From Minutocellus sp. GHC0000111 (taxonomy: Eukaryota): 64,000 nt of DNA. Position 1 is the first letter of the stretch, and each line of letters starts with the position of its first letter. Position numbers and translations under genes: made by a program. Location of the stretch: assembly GCA_977018835.1 (NCBI GenBank), contig OZ361256.1, forward strand, positions 3,596,001-3,660,000, read 5' to 3'. The notes beneath the pieces were generated by a model that had not been told where the DNA came from, searched no databases, and saw only the letters and a program-made list of their open reading frames with translations. Of this stretch, positions 47,749-59,670 are shown one piece after another.

Positions 47749-48679
47749 TCACGTTTTTTTCGCCTTCTCATGATGAAGCAATAACATGCCGTGGAATTCT
47801 TTTACCCGATCCAACTCAGCCTTGCTTTGGACGATACCGACGAAATCACCGATGTGTTTCAGAATCCCAGGATGAGAACCGAGGCATTCATTGTTACCTG
47901 GATTACGTCGGTGCCGGTTCCAGATGGTATTTTCGTTCCCAGCCAACGACGCAGCATCGATATCTGCTTTGCTGCTGCTGCTGCACCTGTTCGAGTTCAC
48001 TTGTTGAATATTGAGGAGCAGGCAACGTTCCGAGAAGAAACAGGTGGAATGCCGAGGTGGAACGGATCAAATCGCCGGACCATTGGAGGTGGTGCATCCT
48101 CACATCGTTCCCAAGGATGGCAATCTCCTTGTTTCCACAAAAAGTGCGGACCTTCGCTTGCATCCAAAATTGTATCGCGCCTTGGGTTACAAACCATTTC
48201 GCGAGACAGGTCGCCTCCTTTGATTCTGCTCGCGCAAACAGGAGTTTGATGGGAGAAGGATGCCCGCGCACGTGCATGCACACCAAGTCTTTTACAGCAC
48301 CTTCCTGGAAAAGCCACTTCGCAACAAAGTAATTCTTTTTTTGAACGGCTGCATACATTGGGAACCAAAAAACGTCCGCATTTGGAATCGTTTTATGCTC
48401 TTCTGCCACTAACGTCGTTGACGCACCGCGGACATGATGAAGATATCGGCACATTGGGAGGTCACCACATAGTGAAAAATACGCCATTGGAGTGATATTG
48501 TACCAGGACCCACCAACTCCCGGCGGCGTCTCTAGATCCGACCGCCCAGTATGGACATCGTCGGGGTCAAAGCCGGCCTCCCGCAGCTTCACTCGAGCGG
48601 TCTTGTCGTCCTCGACCGGCCCGTCAGCTTCATACGTTTTCTGCCTCTTGGCGGCCGGCTGGTCAACATCAGAGGGCAT
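47749..48679 (-). pseudogene. Ankyrin-like repeat protein, frameshifted near 48000
   Basis: NLS-like PAAKRQK; TPMAYF...GDLPMCRYL; PMYAA.....VAKWL...GA. The C-terminus (HPGILKHIGDFVG) lies in a different frame. Confidence 0.55.
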
Positions 48680-49114
48680 GTCAATATGGGCAATATTCAA
48701 CGATAAATAAATTCACGTAAGCACGGGAGGCAGAATACAAATAGGAGGAGCAGCAGCGGCAGCTCAGGAGCTCCTCTCTGCTGGCTGGCTGAATGAGACG
48801 CCATTGCTGCGGGCGAATTGCAATACGCATTTTAATTGAACTCATTTTGTATTTGTAGGGAACCCCAGTTTTTGTATTGATCAGGCATTGGCATTTCGCA
48901 AGAAAGCGAAGGAAACCATGACGAAGCTCCGGAGCGGTAGGCGCACTGCCACCAACAGCGGCAGCGGCGACGGTGCCGGTGCTGCATCGAAGGGTGCGGC
49001 CAAGAAGAAGCAGTCAGCCAAGAAGAAACGATCAGCTGACAATTTTGAGGAGGACTCCAAGATACTCAAGAAGGCCAAGCCCTCGGTCTGCAAGGCGGCC
49101 GAGGAGTTGGTTTG

Positions 49115-51143
49115 CAAACCCTGGAAAAATATAATTTTTATTTATTGATGAGATTTTGAATGTGTAGATAATCAATTGAAATACATAGATAGCGCATCTA
49201 AACACAATTACTCGTTATAGTTTTATTCTTGGCTACAATTAATTGCCAGAACAATTGCAATTAATTGTTCAATTATTGTTCTGGTTGTCCTCGGCCGGAG
49301 GTGCAGTAGCAATCAATCCAAGGGCAGTTGCAAGCGCCTCGTTATCCTCCTCTTCTGCAATCCTTTTAGCAGCCCGAGACTCTTTGTTTGCAGCCTTGCG
49401 GCGACGATTGGCCTCGACGACATCTTTGATGTCCCACAAGTCATGGTTCTCCTTGAGAAAGAGAATCATCTCAAGAGTTCTGGGAGACATTCCCTGGCGA
49501 CGCTTCCTGAGGATCTCATCAGCCTTGCTCCACAGAGACTCGCAAGTTGCAGCAGTGCTGCCAAGAATAAAGCCGCAATCAATGTAGTCTGATACATTTG
49601 CGACCTCCTTGGCCTTCCGCTTCTTCTCATGCTCAACGGTGGCCAGGAAATCTTCTTCATCAAAGTCATCGTCATCATCAGAGTCTTCAGGCGAAAGCAG
49701 GAGGCTGCGGCAGGCATCCTTCTCCTGGCAACAGCGGTGGCAGCGACGGTATCGGTGACAGTCTTCAGCTCCGCAGTATCCTCTATCATCTTGTTGGCCT
49801 CCAGGGATAGGTCATGGTTCTTGCAAGAAATATGCGGAAAGTTCATAGCACGGGCGATGGCGGGATTGAGGGCGGTACTGTCTGCTACCTGGCAAACAAT
49901 GAAGGTAGAGTCGTCGCCATCTTCGGAAATGTCCTTGTTGTAGAACTTGAATGTGTCCTCGAAGTACTGGCGATGATGTTTTGCATCAAAGGATGTGGCG
50001 AGGTCGTCGTCACCATCGTCACCGTCGCTCTCACCATCACTGTCACTGCCGTTGTCGTTGACGGTCTTGAGCGGTGCGCATGCGAGGAGGCGGCACTCAT
50101 TGCGGACGCTCTTCGCCTCCCCCCCTTCGAAAATGGTAGTGATGGGCACGCCGAAAGAACAGTAGAGGCAGACGTAGTGGGTGCCGTTGTTGGTGTGTCC
50201 GTCGTATGAGATCTGGCACGCAGGGGCCTGATTCAACATACGAGCGATTTTCTCCTCCACCACTTCGACGAGATAGTGGGCGGTATCGACGACGGTCTTC
50301 GTTGACTTGACCTCCACGTACTTCATGTGGGAGCGAGATATTTTGCACTCGATGTCGCTGAGGGCACCGTTCTTGAAGACGATGTGCTGTATCCACATGT
50401 TGAGTGAGCGGTGAACATTTGTGATGACGTTCAGGCGCTGTTGTTTCTTGGCAGCAGCGGCGGCTTCGGCGGAAATGAGGCCATCGGCAACGGCGGTCTC
50501 AGTCTCCTGACGATCCTTCCAGCGCTCGGCGAGGAGTTTGTGCTGCTGATCCTTGACGCAGGACCGCCAATGGGAGAGGTGGTTGGTGTATCCAGCCGAG
50601 AGGGGCGTTGTCTTATCCCACGTTTGGCAGTCGAGGCATTTGACATGCACGCCCATTTTTTCTTTTTCGCCGATGCCGGTAGGGATTGGCGCAGGCTCAC
50701 ATAACATGACGGTATGGACGATTTCCTTTGTGCCAGTTGGAACGGGTGGAACGGCGTCGCCGCCTCCTCCAACAAACGACATGGCGTCGGCGTTTCAAGT
50801 GCGAGATATGTGAGGGTAAAGGCAAACGCCCCCCACATGCCAGCAGCAGCGCGCGGGGGGTGGCATTGCCAGCCCGGGCCACCACCTCACATTCGCCGAA
50901 GCCAAGTCAGCGAGATATGCGTGCATGAAATCAAATCGATACGCACGTGCTTCGACCGAGGGAGAAAAAGTGGAATGAGGGGAAAATCAATGTTTCCGCT
51001 AGGTCATCGTGACGCAATCCACGGGAAGGTGACTCGGACCAACCTCAATCAATGACTGGTGCTCCCAACTAAGCCACAATTTATTGAACAATTGCAATTA
51101 ATTGCAATTAATTTTAATTGAAATTATTGTTTTCAGGCGTTTG
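49115..51143 (-). mobile_element. hAT-superfamily DNA transposon, 2,029 bp, internally deleted
   Basis: 8-bp TSD TTGGTTTG at 49107-49114 and 51144-51151. Imperfect TIRs CAAACCCTGGAAAAATATAATTT and CAAACGCCTGAAAACAATAATTT. Subterminal CAATTGCAATTAATTG motifs at both ends. Confidence 0.92.
49269..50782 (-). pseudogene. hAT transposase, truncated by internal deletion/frameshift
   Basis: BED-like CLDC...YTNHLSH; ISYDGHT; VADS...CKNH (CxxH). After a junction at ~49730 the dimerisation region TCESLWS...RQGMSPRTLEMILFLKEN continues in another frame. Confidence 0.85.
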
Positions 51144-52228
51144 TTGGTTTGTCCCATCTTCCAGGGCCTGCCGATTGATCCGGTCATCGCCGAGGATGTG
51201 AGTGCACTGTTCTTTTCGACTGCAATTCTGATTTCATCGCATTTCTTTCTATTCGCTTATTGTTTAGTGTCGATGGCGCATTGTCTCACACCTGTACCGT
51301 GCGACAAATCGCAGGGCCAAATTTACGAGAGAAAGGAGATCGAGAAGTACCTGAAGGAGAAGGAAGATGAAGACGAGATCTTATCCCCAGTGACCAAGAA
51401 GCCAATCGAGACCAAGATTCTCATTCCGTCGGTCCATATTCGAAATAACATCGAGCATTTGGTCGAGAGCGGCATCATTGCGGGCGAGATGGCCGATACG
51501 TGGAAGGAAAGGATTGCCGAGAAGAGGGAGTCGGAAGAGACGGTCAGAGGATGGAAGGAAGGTGCCGAAAAGGGAGACACTGACGCGATGTACTCACTTG
51601 CTGTGTCGCTTCAATATGGTGATCATGATCTCGAGGTAAATGAGGAAGAGGCCTACAAGTGGTACAAGAAGGGATCCGACGCTGGGAACGTGTCTTGCAT
51701 GGCTATGGCGGGAGAGTGTCTCTTGAATGCATGTGGAACTGCGGTCAATTTATCGGAAGGTTTTGTTCTCATTTCTCTGGCCGCGGAGAAGGGATCCGAT
51801 CATGCCTGCCAGTCGCTTGGCGAATGTTACTACAAAGGACTGCCGTATCGGGAAAGACAGTGTGAAGGCAAAGTTCTGGCTGGAAAAGGCCGTGGGCGAC
51901 GGAGATGAGAGCTGCAAATATTTCAACCTCAATACCGAAACTATTAATAAGGTCAAAGGATGGCTTCAAGAGATTGGGAATGAAAAAAACGGAGAAGCAG
52001 ACACCGCCTCCGAGACTGAGTCCAATGAAGGAAGCGAAGCCGACGATGAGGAATATCAGGGGCTACGATTTGACCGATACCTATTAGAAATGTTCATGGC
52101 AGTGAAGGCGCCTTGTCCAAAGGCGTCATAGCTTGCCTTGGCTTGGAGCAATCGATGAGTTTTAGGTTTGAAATGCATTTCAAATTATTGCACTCATTCT
52201 CATAAACAGAAACAAGTCAAGTTATACG

Positions 52229-52411
52229 ATGATGATGCAGTACGCCCCCCCCTCCCGAAACGGAACGGTCGTTCGCGGCAAAGGTGGGACGAGATCGGCT
52301 GTACGCGTACGCGTTGGAGAACACCCGCCCAATCCTTGCTCGGAGCACCTCGTTGCATTCATCCTCTTCCTCGTTCTTTTCTGGATTGCCGAATGGTTTT
52401 TTGGATGCTAG
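52229..52411 (+). CDS. Small tail-anchored protein, copy B (internally shortened)
   Basis: Shares MMMQ, RNGTVVRG, RSAVRVRVG and NPCSE.LVAFILFLVLFWIA with 47154-47444; lacks ~37 codons. Confidence 0.55.
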   Translation: MMMQYAPPSRNGTVVRGKGGTRSAVRVRVGEHPPNPCSEHLVAFILFLVLFWIAEWFFGC

Positions 52412-52663
52412 CGAGCTAAATGTACCCTTTTGGCTGGAGCCCAAGTTGCTGTTCTAGCCCTGGACGAGGCTTCGCTGAAGAACTCTATCTAGCTAGCTTG
52501 TGCGAGACACGTGGGATAAGAGTAGTTTTGATTGAGTTTGTCGTCGTATTGTTTCTTTCAAGTAGCTCTACATGTACCGCATGTATGAACTGTCGCATCT
52601 ATCTACGTAGTAGTAGTAGTAGTAGTAGATTCTATCGATAGCAAAATATGCCGAAAATTCTTG

Positions 52664-54435
52664 TTACAGCTCGGGGCCGATTGAAATAGCTCCAAGACTT
52701 TCAAGCCAGTCGGCAAGCTGAGAGTGACCCTCCTCTTGAGCCCAGTAGAGCGGCGTGCCACCATCCCCAAAATTTGTTCTAGCATTGATGTTGGCTCCAT
52801 GGGACAACAGCAACTCAACAGCCTCGCGATGACCTCCTCGTGAAGCTTCATGGATCGGTTCCCAGCCATTCGAGTCCTTGGCAAGAGCCAATGACTTGTC
52901 ACCTTGGAGGGCGTCCTTCAAGGTCTCCACATCACCGCCCTGCGCAGCACGGTGGGCAATACTGGTAGATCCCGTTGCAAACGAATTCAGCTTGCTTCTC
53001 CTACCGTTTTCGTGCTCCCTGCGCCATTTCTTTTCTTCGGGACTGCCCACCTGTATGTAGCCCGGCATACCATCATGGTCGGCCTCATGGCCACCGGCTC
53101 CTCTCTCTACTGCTCGGCGGTACTTTTCGGCTACGTCCCCACCACTTTCCACCCGAGCTTCGTGTCGTAAACTGTGGCCTATTCGAAATTCGGACGAATG
53201 TGTGTATTCAAATGAGAATGGAATGGGTGGAACTACGAGGGTAAGAAATGGGCAACAACAAGGCAAAAATGGTGCGTCGTCCAAAGAAATCGAGTTACAA
53301 AAACCACCAGAGCCACCAGATTTCATCATCCACAAGCAAACGCTTTCATCCACAAACGATTTGTATTCCTCACCTGTCGGTTCAAAGTGAATGAAGATGT
53401 TACTGTAATACCGTCCCTTCAAGGGAAATGGTCGTCCATGAACCACGGAGTGACTCTCGTACAATACCATGTCACCGGGCTGTCGATAGCGTGAGTTTAG
53501 AATAGAAAATTCGAATGAGAACGGAAATGCGAAATAGACACCAACCAACCAACCAAGTACTGTAAAGGTTAGAGTGATCGTATCAGTAAAGCTCTCACCT
53601 CCATGGTAACGTTCGTTGCCTTCCCATCATGCCCATATACCTCAATTGGCCAAGGTTCATCGACGTCCTGAGCCACGTTGATGATTGCACTCGACACAAG
53701 AGGCAACCGATCCACATGGCTAGCAAGGATGGCACCCTCTTTGTAGACTCGAATGCCATACAAGCTGCATTCTGTAAGTTCCTCTCCAGTCCACTCCTGG
53801 ATGGTGTCTCGTGCTGCGTCCCATATTGCTTTTTTCAACTGGTAACCACCGCCACGAAGCGACTTATCCTCGACGCTGACCATGTAGGTTGGAGCAACCC
53901 AGTGATTCGTGTAGGTATTTCCGACGGGCCACCGCTCTTCTGACTGTTGGTTCTGATTTTTCTCCCAAAACTCCTTGATTAGCTTGAAGACTGCCGCCGG
54001 TGCTTTGATTTTCTCGAATCCAACGTCGGTATAGTTCTGCATGCTCTGAGGCTGTCGGAGACTCATGGCTATGCGATCCTGCTCGGTTTGGGTGCATGCC
54101 CTTCCCTTCTTGCCATAGTGGCCCTTGCATCCCTGTAAGAATGTGTCATACGCTGCCTGCCTGTCACCAAGCGGCTGGAGGGGCATGTCCTGGTACTTCT
54201 TGGGCGTTGGATTATTGGCTGGGTCGACATTGTGAGGCAACCAGGGATAATTGGTGCTGATTTCCCACTTATGAATGGGAAAGCTCACATCGACACCATA
54301 TTCCTCTTCTTTCGCCAGACCTGAAGGTAGTGAACATCCCAGCAGGAGAAACGTGCCTAAAGCGACAAGGTGTTTGGACCAAACTGTCGCCTTGGTCGTT
54401 CCAGCAGCCGTAGAATAATCTCTCCGACGAACCAT
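52664..54435 (-). CDS. Secretory-pathway 2OG-Fe(II) oxygenase-like protein with C-terminal ankyrin repeats
   Basis: Exons 54435-53599, 53479-53374 and 53178-52664. Signal peptide; YGIRVY, HVDR (HxD), HGRP; NGWEPIHEA and GGTPLYWA ankyrins; ends GPEL (ER-retention-like). Confidence 0.85.
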
Positions 54436-55025
54436 CGTGCTGAATTTGCAGAGTATTCGATCCGTGAATCGCGGAATGAATCTCGTTCAGCAGAAGAGCC
54501 TTCTATTATTTTCAATGGCAACAAATCAAGGAGTAAAACCGCCGATATTGCGCACTTTCAATCGATAGCGATAATATGTACCACCACGTAGCTAGGTAAA
54601 GGATCACCGCACCGTGCCAATGCCAACTACCAACCACAGACTGCCGAGAGGAAACAAATGAAAAATAAGTGTCAGTCGTCCGATCGTGGAATTTGCGGGC
54701 CGCTCGATGGAATATTGAGCTCGGCGCAATTATGCGATGCCAAGCCGTTGCAATAGAATTCCTTCTAGTAGATAGCGAAGAAAGCCAAGCAATGAACTCC
54801 GAGAGGCGCAGGTGCGTGCTGCAGCAGGAGCAAGCGCTAGCTAGCGGCCGAATGAGGCAGTGATGATTGTGCTGGCGAGGTTGCGTTGGACGTTAGGTTG
54901 GTCACCAATGCAGCAATAAGGGGGAATTCGCCGAGACATTTTTAGTTCGGGTCTACCCCCTAAAAGTTTCGACCACGGACAGACGCCAACCCCCCAATTT
55001 TCGTGTATTCTGATCAGTCATGACA

Positions 55026-55055
55026 TACCTAGGCCTAGGTACCTAGGCCTAGGTA
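55026..55055. repeat. Perfect 30-bp nested palindrome
   Basis: TACCTAGGCCTAGGTACCTAGGCCTAGGTA equals its own reverse complement. Confidence 0.95.
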
Positions 55056-55253
55056 CTATCTTGGGTCATGGGTACCGTTTCGCTTGCTTCGCCCGCGTTG
55101 ACGGCCGGCTGATTAATCAGCTGTTTTTTTTCAGAAATCAGCTGATTTCGGCTTTCTGGCCAGGTAGTATGCTTTTTTTCTGCATGGTGGTGGGCGTACA
55201 AGCTAGTAGAATTCCTATCCCTTCGCAGAAATCGCAGAAGGGAACCAGCAACC

Positions 55254-56293
55254 ATGACGAAGCTCCGGAGCGGCAGGCGCACTGCCACCAGCGGCGGCGA
55301 CGGTGCCGGTGCTGCATCTAAGGTTGCGGCCAAGAAGAAGCAGCCGGCCAAGAAGAAGCGATCGGCGGCCGAGGAGCACGAAGAAGACGCTAAGAAATTC
55401 AAGAAGGCCAAGCCTTCGGTTTGCAAGGCGGCCGAGGAGTTGGTTTGTCCCATCTTGCAGGGCCTGCCAATTGACCCGGTGATCGCGGAGGATGTAAGTG
55501 CACTTGCTTTTGATATGATGGCAACGCAGCTGTCGGAAAGATGTGTCAATCTTTAGTTCACCCAATATCTCACAATAGACATGTGTGTATATACGTCTGC
55601 TTTGTGCGATTGCAGGGCCAGATCTACGAGCGAAAGGAGATCGAGAAGTACCTGGAGGAGAAGGAAGAGGAAGACGAGATCTTGTCCCCAGTAACCAAGA
55701 AGCCGTTTGAGACCCAGGCCCTTGTTCCCTCGGTGCATGTTCGCAACACCATCGAGCATCTCATCGAGAGCGGCATCATTGAGGGTGAGATGGCCGATAC
55801 GTGGAAGGAAAGGATGGCGGAGAAGAGGGAGTCGGATTCGAAGGTCAAAAGATGGAAGGAACGCGCCGAGAAAGGAGAAACAGACGCAATGTACCTACTT
55901 GCTTTGTCTCATCATCACGGTGACTATGGTCTCAAGACGAATGAGGAAGAGGCCTACAAGTGGTACAAGAAGGGATCCGACGCTGGTAACGTGTATTGCA
56001 TGGCAGCAGCGGGCGAATGTCTTATATACGGAATCGGCACAGCGGCGAATGTGTCGGAAGGTTTAGTTCTCACTACTCTGGCCGCGGAGAGAGGATCCAC
56101 TTTTGCCTGCTTTACACTCGGTGAATGCTACTACCATGGACTTAGCGGCATCAGGAACGATATCGAGAAGGCAAAGTTCTGGCTGGAAAAGGCCGTGGCA
56201 AAAGATTGCAAGTATGACCATCTGGCCGGTGAATGTGTACGAAAAGCACGAAGATGGCTTGCCAAGTGCAATGGCAGTGTCCTTGAGACTTAG
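55254..56293 (+). CDS. U-box + Sel1-repeat protein, copy C (intact)
   Basis: Exons 55254-55493 and 55616-56293, same intron position as copies A and B; U-box and about 3 Sel1 repeats. Confidence 0.88.
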
Positions 56294-56446
56294 GACCGGG
56301 GATCCGGATGGTGGCACAGTAAAAAGCAACACGGGCATGGAAAATTTGCAGCTACTATTTAGGGATCAAAGGCAGAATGGTGCAGGGTTGCACGATGCAT
56401 TCTTGGAATCTAAATGTAACATCGTTCAACTACACAATCACTTCTA

Positions 56447-57749
56447 CTATATCTTGGGTATACTGGCCAGAGCCTCCATCTCCAATCGTTCGTCTTCCGT
56501 CTGCTGCTGTCTGTCAGCCAACCCCACCTGCCTCCTCCACCCCTCCCTCATCTCCTTCATCTTATCATAGTACCTCTGCCGGCACCTCCCCTCCCTCGCT
56601 GGGTTGTACGTCAAAAACACCGCCCGTCGCGCAAACTGGCTGGCATTCACGGCACTTCTGTGCGGCACCCACCCCCCAAAGGCCGCGATGGTCCCCCCCT
56701 TGACCACTATATCTTCAAATTCTAAGGAAGAAGCCACCCCGTCGGGGATGGCACCGGCCCTCCCATCGCCGTCGGGGTTGCCATCAGCTTTTGGTAATAC
56801 GACCTCGACGTGATTTTGTTCGCTATATGGCCCCTTGACCACCCGCAGACATCCGTTCCGCACGGTCATGTCGTCGATGGCCACCATGACGGTGACGAAT
56901 TCCTGCGGCCCGTCGTCCCCCAAGGCAATGCGCAACGACGGGCTGTCGAGGTGGGGGGCAAATCCGCAGCCGCCGGGGGGTTTGACGTTGAGCTTCTCTT
57001 TGTAGAGGGCCATGGGCTCACCGCACAGGGCGGAGATGAGGTTGGTGAGGTAATCGAGGCACAGCTCGGACCAGCCGTCGTGGTGCGGGACGAAGTTCTC
57101 GAGGCGGGTGAGGACCCGACGCTCCTCGATCTCGTACTGCTCTTGCTTCTCTTGGTCGTCGTCGTCTTCCTGTTGTTCCTGTTGCCCCGTTTTGTCTTTC
57201 TCTTTGCCACCAACCCTCTGCATCTCGGCGCCATCTGTGTTGCCATCACCATACCCATCATCGCCACCACCCTTGTTCGTCCGTCGCCTCCTTTTCTTGA
57301 CCACCCGTATCGTCTCGTACGATCGGTCGCACTCCAACCCCCTGCGACAGGTTCCACTCCCCCCGCACATGGGCACGCTGCTGGCGCTGCTGCCCCAGAT
57401 CAACTCGTCGGTCATGCGTGGACAGCTCACCCGGAAAGATGACCACCTGATCGTGCTGGTAGATGGTGGGCAGGTCGAGTTCGGATAGAATGGTGGCGAG
57501 GGTGGTGGGGGCGGGGGCCGGGATGTTCCGGGGGGAGAGGGGGACGCGTGGGGGTGGTAGCGTGTTGTTGCAATTGGCGCTCGCAGTTGCAGTTGTGCCG
57601 TCTGCAAACGTGGATGGATTGTCGTCGTCTTCGTCGGCCATGCAGCCCAGGGAGGTCAGCCCCAGCACCTCGAGGAGGGCCTCGTCCTCGCTGTTCGTTG
57701 TTGACGCGCTCGCGGCGTCTGCGTCTTCGTCGTGTTCGTCTCTGCTCAT
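56447..57749 (-). CDS. Phytanoyl-CoA dioxygenase (PhyH) family protein, frame switch near 57420
   Basis: YKEKLNVKPPGG.GFAPHLD (HxD), VMVAIDD...NGCLRVV, PHRSAVN...RRAVFLTY. The N-terminal part is in another frame. Confidence 0.8.
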
Positions 57750-58054
57750 GGGTTTGCTTGCTCCGTTGCGCTTGCTTCTGGTTGGGGCGGTTGGAGCACA
57801 GTCTCCGTGGTTGGAGGCAGCGCAGAGAGGGCGCAGCCAAGGAAAATGGACGGCCGAGAATGCTGAGGCCGGAAGCAGCACAACATGAAAAGAAACCCGG
57901 AGGTATATCGAGGCGCAAAACGCCCCCGCGATGCTGGAAATGATGACGACGTGGAGCGCGAACAATGAATCCTCGGACGGCCGGCCGAAGAAAGTCAAGC
58001 AAGGCGTGGGGCGCGATACCAACCCATCCATCAATTGCTGCTCGGGCGAAGTAG

Positions 58055-59309
58055 ATTCACCAAACCAACAACAGGGACAAAACGGCCAAGCTGTTCACCC
58101 ACCACGACCAATTCCACGTCCACAAGACCCTCGGTCTGCTGGTCTTGCTGCACTATCTGTACCGATTCGCATTGCTGTACCGATACGGCGATGCCTTCCC
58201 ACAATCCAACAACATGGAATCTCCCCATTGGGCATCGGCCGGCGTCCTCCTTCACGGGTTTCTGTCGTGGTCCTCTCTACTGTTGCCCCTCCCGTCCAAG
58301 CGCAACTTCAATGCGCCCATGGTGAGAGTTGTTGGCCACATTCATGGCAATATGCATGCATGTACATGTAGCCTCGATGCTTACTCACTTAGTTTGGGAT
58401 TTATTGACTTACTTATTGCCCTTCCTTCCCTCTCATTCTCGTGATATATGTAACATGCTACCAAACAACCACAACCATGATGCAGATATGGCCGGAATTC
58501 CGGCTGCACAGCATCACCTTCGCCACGCGGCACGTCGTTGCCACGCTCCTAACCTTGAATGATTGGTGGCCCGACGAGCGGCGCAGCTACCTGTGTCATG
58601 GTCTGGCCCGCGCGGCGGTACTCCTGGGTGCCGTCCAGGTGGCGTCCATCATCACCGAGCGATACGGATGCCGGCACCAGCGCACGGCCAACTCCATGCC
58701 GTATCCCTCGACCGTAGCAGACGATCAGCGACCCGCGATCAAGAAGAGCTATGCATTGGCGCAGTTCGCGGCCACGGCGGTGTGTCTCCTGCCCGATGCC
58801 ACCGTCAACTTTGCCCCGTTGTTGGCGATCCAGATGGCACCGTTCCTGATGACGCTGGTGCGGAAGGGCAAGGTAACGGCCGGGACGTACCATCGGGTGT
58901 ACGCAGTCAGTTTGTGGCTGGGCTACGTCATGGTGTTTGTGAGATTGTTGGCTGGGGATGGACGGGGAGTGACCAAGATTGTGGGCCTCAAGACCATCTG
59001 ATGTTGAGTTTTCACAGCAGCAAATTGCGTCGACACGTATCGGCCATGGCGGTGTGGGGGATCAACGTGATTCTATCGGCGGCGATATTCCCACTTCTAC
59101 TGGAGGATAGGCTCGATGCGATGGTTTCGGTCGATATGGCGAGGGCATTCTTTTGGTTTGTGACAATACAAGCGACGTGCAGACAAGCATTGGTGTATGC
59201 ACGTCTCTTTGGCATGACGAGGTTGAGAGTTTCCATGTCTTGCAGCAGCAGCAGCAGCAGTAGCAGCAGCGGCAGCAAGTCCATAATTTGTGGAAAGGTA
59301 CGATCGTAA
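58055..59309 (+). pseudogene. Polytopic membrane protein of unknown family, with lesions
   Basis: KLFTHHDQFHVHKTLG...; intron 58322-58485 joins APM/IWPEFRLHS; AIQMAPFLMTLVRKG. In-frame TAG at 58052 with no later ATG start nearby; frameshift at ~58997. Confidence 0.6.
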
Positions 59310-59670
59310 TGCAAAGGCAAAAGAAGATTCATTCCAAAGAAAAAGAATGATTCATTTCCGTTTACATATATATATATATATATATTTAAGATTTGAAAGT
59401 GACAGGGATATGTTTCAACTACATGTGAGGCATTGTTGCTTTGGTCGATTCGATTCATTTCCAGACTACTTTTGCTACACACGAAGATATTTTTTGAAGC
59501 TCTCTATAGACGCAAATACTTTGTAAAGATAGTGCAACCAGCGACGTTACATACGTCAGTAGTAGTGGGTCCGTCCCAACCTTTGGGCCGGCGAGAAGGA
59601 TCGCTGCCTGCCGTTCTCTTGGCGTCCGGGCGAGGCAGGGTATGAGCTGATAGTAATAGCAATACAGCTT

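Larger units (their letters stand above)
48918..52131 (+). pseudogene. U-box + Sel1-repeat protein, copy B, disrupted by a hAT insertion and a frameshift
   Basis: Exon 1 (near-identical to copy C) stops at AAEELV (49114) and resumes LVCPIFQGLPIDP at 51144. Intron 51198-51314. Frameshift at ~51845 relative to copy C. Confidence 0.88.

Noticed and set aside
52606..52628. (GTA)n run; also (AT)n ~59365-59384, (CAG)n ~59242-59277 and (AATACC)n ~45958-45982
   Set aside because: Ordinary microsatellites.
57370..57432. GTGAG donor as an intron in PhyH
   Set aside because: No convincing acceptor at a normal distance, and the downstream sequence looks coding; left as an unexplained shift.
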